Source: Nitrososphaera sp.
GTDB lineage: Archaea > Thermoproteota > Nitrososphaeria > Nitrososphaerales > Nitrososphaeraceae
Direction: 5' to 3'
Assembly (NCBI RefSeq): GCF_013388945.1
Contig: NZ_JACAEH010000012.1
Span: forward strand, 5,303-69,302
DNA length: 64,000 nucleotides
The stretch's first letter is position 1. Every line of letters starts with the position of its first letter. The position numbers and the translations under genes were made by a program. Shown here in pieces: positions 61,020 through 64,000 of this stretch. The notes below the pieces were generated by a model. The model was not told the DNA's origin, searched no databases, and saw only the letters and a list, made by a program, of their open reading frames with translations.

Positions 61020-62831
61020 ATGAGGTATTTTGTGGGCTGTACGGGCTGGAGGTCTGCGGCAAGGGAGCAGGGGTTCTATCCTGCTCCTGCAGACCCAAAG
61101 GAGTACCTGTCGTACTACTCGCGCGTCTTTGACTTTGTAGAAGTGGGATTGCCGGCTACCTACAGGTTCTCCCTTGCCCGGTGGGCCCGCGAGACCCCGG
61201 AGGGCTTTCGGTTTGCGATAAGAATGCCGAGGCAGGCTCTGGACGACGGGACGCTCGGGCACTTTCTTGAAAGCCTGAAGGACGTTGAAGAAAAGGTGCT
61301 GGCAGTTGTACTGCAGACGCCGCCCGGCACGGACTTGACAGACGGCAAAGAATGGCTTGAAAAAACGCTTGGCGCGTGCACGTACCACGGCTACTCTGCA
61401 GTGGTCGAGTTTTCGCACCCGTCGTGGTTTCAGGACGCAGGCTACAGCATACTCAGGAGGCACGGCGCGGCCCTCTGCTGGGACGCAGGCAAGCGCGGGA
61501 CGCCGCACGCCGAAGTCACGGCAGACACAATCTACCTGCGGCTTGGAGGCGACAGGTGGCACGAGTGGGTGGAAAAGGCCGCAAGAGAAGCGCTTGACGA
61601 CAGGAGGATAGAGGCAGTCGCAATAGCTGCGCCGGCGCCCGCGCTTGCAAACGCGGCTCTAAAGGCGCTTGGCATGTCCGAGAAAAAATATTCCGGGCCT
61701 CTCCCTGCGCCGGCGCCGGTGCTGAGCGAGGGCCCATGGACCGGCAGGATGGTGGCTTGCGTCGACCTCAACGCGTTCTACCCGTCGTGCGAGGAGCTGC
61801 GCGAGCCCTCGCTTGCAGGCAGGCCGCACGCAGTGATAATGACTGACCAGCCGGCGGGCAGCATAACAAGGGGCGTCGTGTCGTCGTGCTCGTACTCGGC
61901 AAGAAAGTACGGAGTAAGGTCTGCGATGCCGCTTTCAAGGGCTCTTGCACTCTGCCCCGACCTGGTGCTCAGGCCGGTGGACATGGGCTACTACAAGCAG
62001 GTATCTGAGAAGGTGATGTCAGTGATATCCCAGCTTGCAGACGTGATAGAGCAGGCAAGCATCGACGAGGCGTACCTCGACTGTACCAAAAAGGCTGAAG
62101 GGTCAGGCCCCCGCCAGTACGCCCTGAAGATAAAGCGCGCAGTCAGAGAGCAGTGCGGTCTGCTGTGCTCTGTCGGCGTCGCCCCGTCCAAATCCTGCGC
62201 CAAGGTCGCGTCCGACTTTAGAAAGCCGGACGGCACCACCGTGGTCCATCCTGAAAGGGTGCACGACTTTCTTGCGCCGCTTGAAGTGGGCAGGATTTCA
62301 GGCATCGGCCCCAAGACGCAGCAGGAGCTGAAAAGGATGGGCATAGAGACAGTCGGCCAGCTTGCCTCGTGCGATGTGCAAAAGCTGGTGTCAAGGTTCG
62401 GCAGAAACGGCGCGTGGATGTGGAAGGTTGCTACCGGCGCCGACGACGCGCCGGTCGTGCCCCGGGACGACTATGTATCAATAAGCACGGAGCACAGCCT
62501 TGAATTGTATGCAAAGAGTAGGGACGAGGTCGTGACGCACCTGAACGGCCTTATCGACGAGGTCTACCGCAGGGTGGCAAAGCGCGGATACCTCTTTCGC
62601 ACAGTCGGCGTCAAGGTAGTCAGGTCTGACTTTTCCATCGAGACGCGCGAGGTGTCGTTCCAGTCGCCCCAGTCGCAGAGGGAGTCGATAGCCTCTGCAA
62701 TCCCGCAGCTTGCAGACAGGTTCTCTTTTGCGGGCCGGCCCATCAGAAAAGTAGGCCTGAAAGTCACAAACCTTGTGCCTGCGCGGACACTGGAGGCGCA
62801 GCGCACGATAATGGACTTTGTCCCGGGGTGA
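61020..62831 (+). CDS. dinB: Fusion protein: N-terminal DUF72 (YecE-like TIM barrel) + C-terminal Y-family DNA polymerase IV (DinB/Dpo4)
   Basis: Residues ~1-200 fit the DUF72 pattern (VGCTGWRS..GFYP...YLSYYSRVFDFVEV...W...TPEGFRFAIRMPR). Residues ~245-603 fit DinB (VDLNAFYPSCEELR, SIDEAYLD, GIGPKTQQELKRMGI). There is no stop codon between the two parts. Confidence 0.85.
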   Translation: MRYFVGCTGWRSAAREQGFYPAPADPKEYLSYYSRVFDFVEVGLPATYRFSLARWARETPEGFRFAIRMPRQALDDGTLGHFLESLKDVEEKVLAVVLQTPPGTDLTDGKEWLEKTLGACTYHGYSAVVEFSHPSWFQDAGYSILRRHGAALCWDAGKRGTPHAEVTADTIYLRLGGDRWHEWVEKAAREALDDRRIEAVAIAAPAPALANAALKALGMSEKKYSGPLPAPAPVLSEGPWTGRMVACVDLNAFYPSCEELREPSLAGRPHAVIMTDQPAGSITRGVVSSCSYSARKYGVRSAMPLSRALALCPDLVLRPVDMGYYKQVSEKVMSVISQLADVIEQASIDEAYLDCTKKAEGSGPRQYALKIKRAVREQCGLLCSVGVAPSKSCAKVASDFRKPDGTTVVHPERVHDFLAPLEVGRISGIGPKTQQELKRMGIETVGQLASCDVQKLVSRFGRNGAWMWKVATGADDAPVVPRDDYVSISTEHSLELYAKSRDEVVTHLNGLIDEVYRRVAKRGYLFRTVGVKVVRSDFSIETREVSFQSPQSQRESIASAIPQLADRFSFAGRPIRKVGLKVTNLVPARTLEAQRTIMDFVPG

Positions 62832-62902
62832 ACGCCTTTTCCCCGGCGCGTCTACAATCCCAACCCAAAGAGCTTATAGCTTTGGCAGAGGGACTCTGCT
62901 CC

Positions 62903-63052
62903 ATGGCGGCAGGCGCCGAAACAGTTTCCGATCAGGACAAGCTGTTTTACTGCGACACCTGCAGCATGCTGTTCCTCTCTGAAGGTGACGCACGCGCGCA
63001 CGAATCGCTGTCGGGGCACTCTACAGTCCAGCCCGCGGTCGCGCAGGCCTAA
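62903..63052 (+). CDS. Small C2H2 zinc-finger protein (49 aa)
   Basis: From ATG 62903: ...KLFYCDTCSMLFLSEGDARAHESLSGH (C-x2-C-x12-H-x6-H). Confidence 0.45.
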   Translation: MAAGAETVSDQDKLFYCDTCSMLFLSEGDARAHESLSGHSTVQPAVAQA

Positions 63053-63280
63053 AATGCAGGGCAGTGTACACGCACTCGTTATAACTTGGCGCGCCTGATG
63101 TCAGCATGTCGTATCCAGGCACCAACCCAAAAAAAGCCCCGGGCGGATTCCATGTCGAGGTCTCCGGGGCAGCCCTGGGTATGCAGCAAGCGGGCCCGCC
63201 TCCTTTTCCCCTTTGTGGCTCCATTTGCGGGGCGGGCACCGCATAATTATAAGCAAGCGCGCCTATCGTAAGCTGGCGCA

Positions 63281-63610
63281 ATGGACGGCAACACGAAAAA
63301 GTTCATCATGAGCCAGATGATGTGGCTCGGCGTCTACTTTGCGATAAGCATAGCCATCTCGATAGGCGCCCAGATGGCCGGCCTGCCGTGGCCGGCTTCG
63401 TTTGGCATACTCATCGCAGTCATCATCGGGCTTTCGATGTACCGGCGCAGGCGCTACATGCGCAGGATAGGCATGGGCCAGGGCTCTTTCTTTGGGGGAG
63501 GGTTTGGAGGCCAGAAGAGCGTCGAGTACTACTGCATGAACTGCGGGACGAAGCACGACAAGGCGGCGTGCCCCAACTGCGGATCAAAGCTCAAGAAAGC
63601 AGGGTTCTAA
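63281..63610 (+). CDS. Membrane protein: 2 TM + Gly-rich linker + C-terminal zinc ribbon (paralog of 41377..41688)
   Basis: Same architecture and many identical positions: QMMW, RRRxxMxRxGMG, GGGFGG, Y.C..CG.K......CP.CGSK...A.F. Confidence 0.7.
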   Translation: MDGNTKKFIMSQMMWLGVYFAISIAISIGAQMAGLPWPASFGILIAVIIGLSMYRRRRYMRRIGMGQGSFFGGGFGGQKSVEYYCMNCGTKHDKAACPNCGSKLKKAGF

Positions 63611-63645
63611 CAAAAAGGGGAGGGGCACGAAGCCCGCTTGGGTTT

Positions 63646-63876
63646 TTACTTGCCGGATTTCTGAAAGTCTGAAAGCAGCCCCTTGAGCATCCTGGCGTGC
63701 TTTTCCTCGTCGGCCTTTATCTCACGGAATGCCTTGGCGCATTTGGTGTTGCCTTCTCTTTCGGCGTCTTTGATGTAGCCGTCGACGCACCAGAGGAACT
63801 GGAGTTCTTTTTCGAGCTGCTTGACGATGTTGTACTGGCAGTCTGACAGTATCGTCTTGGCATGAACCTGTGCCAT
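63646..63876 (-). CDS. Hypothetical small helical protein
   Basis: 76-codon ORF, host-like codon usage. Confidence 0.5.
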   Translation of the reverse strand: MAQVHAKTILSDCQYNIVKQLEKELQFLWCVDGYIKDAEREGNTKCAKAFREIKADEEKHARMLKGLLSDFQKSGK

Positions 63877-64000
63877 TTAGTTCCAGAGACAGGCCGGAGC
63901 CACATAAGGACTAGGAATGCACTGTAATGCACTACAACCGGGTTTATTCAAAATGCCTTTTAGGAAGAAAGCCGATGATTTCTTTGTGAGCGAAAAAAAG

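Noticed and set aside
63053-63280. GC-rich intergenic stretch with two 7-bp GC hairpins (GCCCCGG..CCGGGGC; GCCCGCC..GGCGGGC), considered as an ncRNA
   Set aside because: Two short stems are not enough to call an RNA gene. The region also contains the TATA-like box of the downstream gene. The minus-strand ORF 63021..63281 has no coding features.
1-64000. Search for CRISPR arrays, rRNA genes and IS-element terminal inverted repeats
   Set aside because: I saw no regularly spaced direct repeats of 24-40 bp with unique spacers, no rRNA-like sequence and no transposase ORF. The only mobile-element signal is the integrase/tRNA-Arg locus.

Overview
The window looks like a gene-dense archaeal chromosome segment of ammonia-oxidising Thaumarchaeota (Nitrososphaera-like) character. 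This is my reading of gene content only: no search was run, and all homology calls are motif recognition by eye. Supporting content includes class III PHA synthase (phaE/phaC), an Amt ammonium transporter and several blue-copper (plastocyanin-like) proteins. There is also a Rieske/cytochrome b/plastocyanin cluster, a four-subunit succinate dehydrogenase, a LysW-type lysine operon, an archaeal histone, KEOPS/t6A genes, FEN-1, archease and HisRS. Most of the window is ordinary housekeeping sequence. The unusual parts are listed here.
1. The left ~3.2 kb is AT-richer and repeat-dense and carries a tyrosine recombinase whose ORF opens inside an intron-containing tRNA-Arg. I read this as the edge of an integrated element. 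It contains a striking array of 15-bp palindromes with compensatory changes.
2. An AT-rich non-coding island at about 5.7-6.15 kb holds two copies of an ORB-like TTCCAGTGGAAA motif. It sits next to a low-GC PD-(D/E)xK-like orphan gene.
3. One continuous 603-codon ORF fuses a DUF72 domain to a Y-family (DinB/Dpo4) DNA polymerase.
4. Two paralogous families of small zinc-binding proteins recur in the window, and many zinc mini-ORFs fall below the ORF-track cutoff, including lysW.
5. Other items: a three-gene operon led by a beta-class DNA methyltransferase, a probable two-intron tRNA-Ser, a HicB-like mini-gene and a cupredoxin paralog that has lost its copper ligands.
I saw no CRISPR array and no rRNA.
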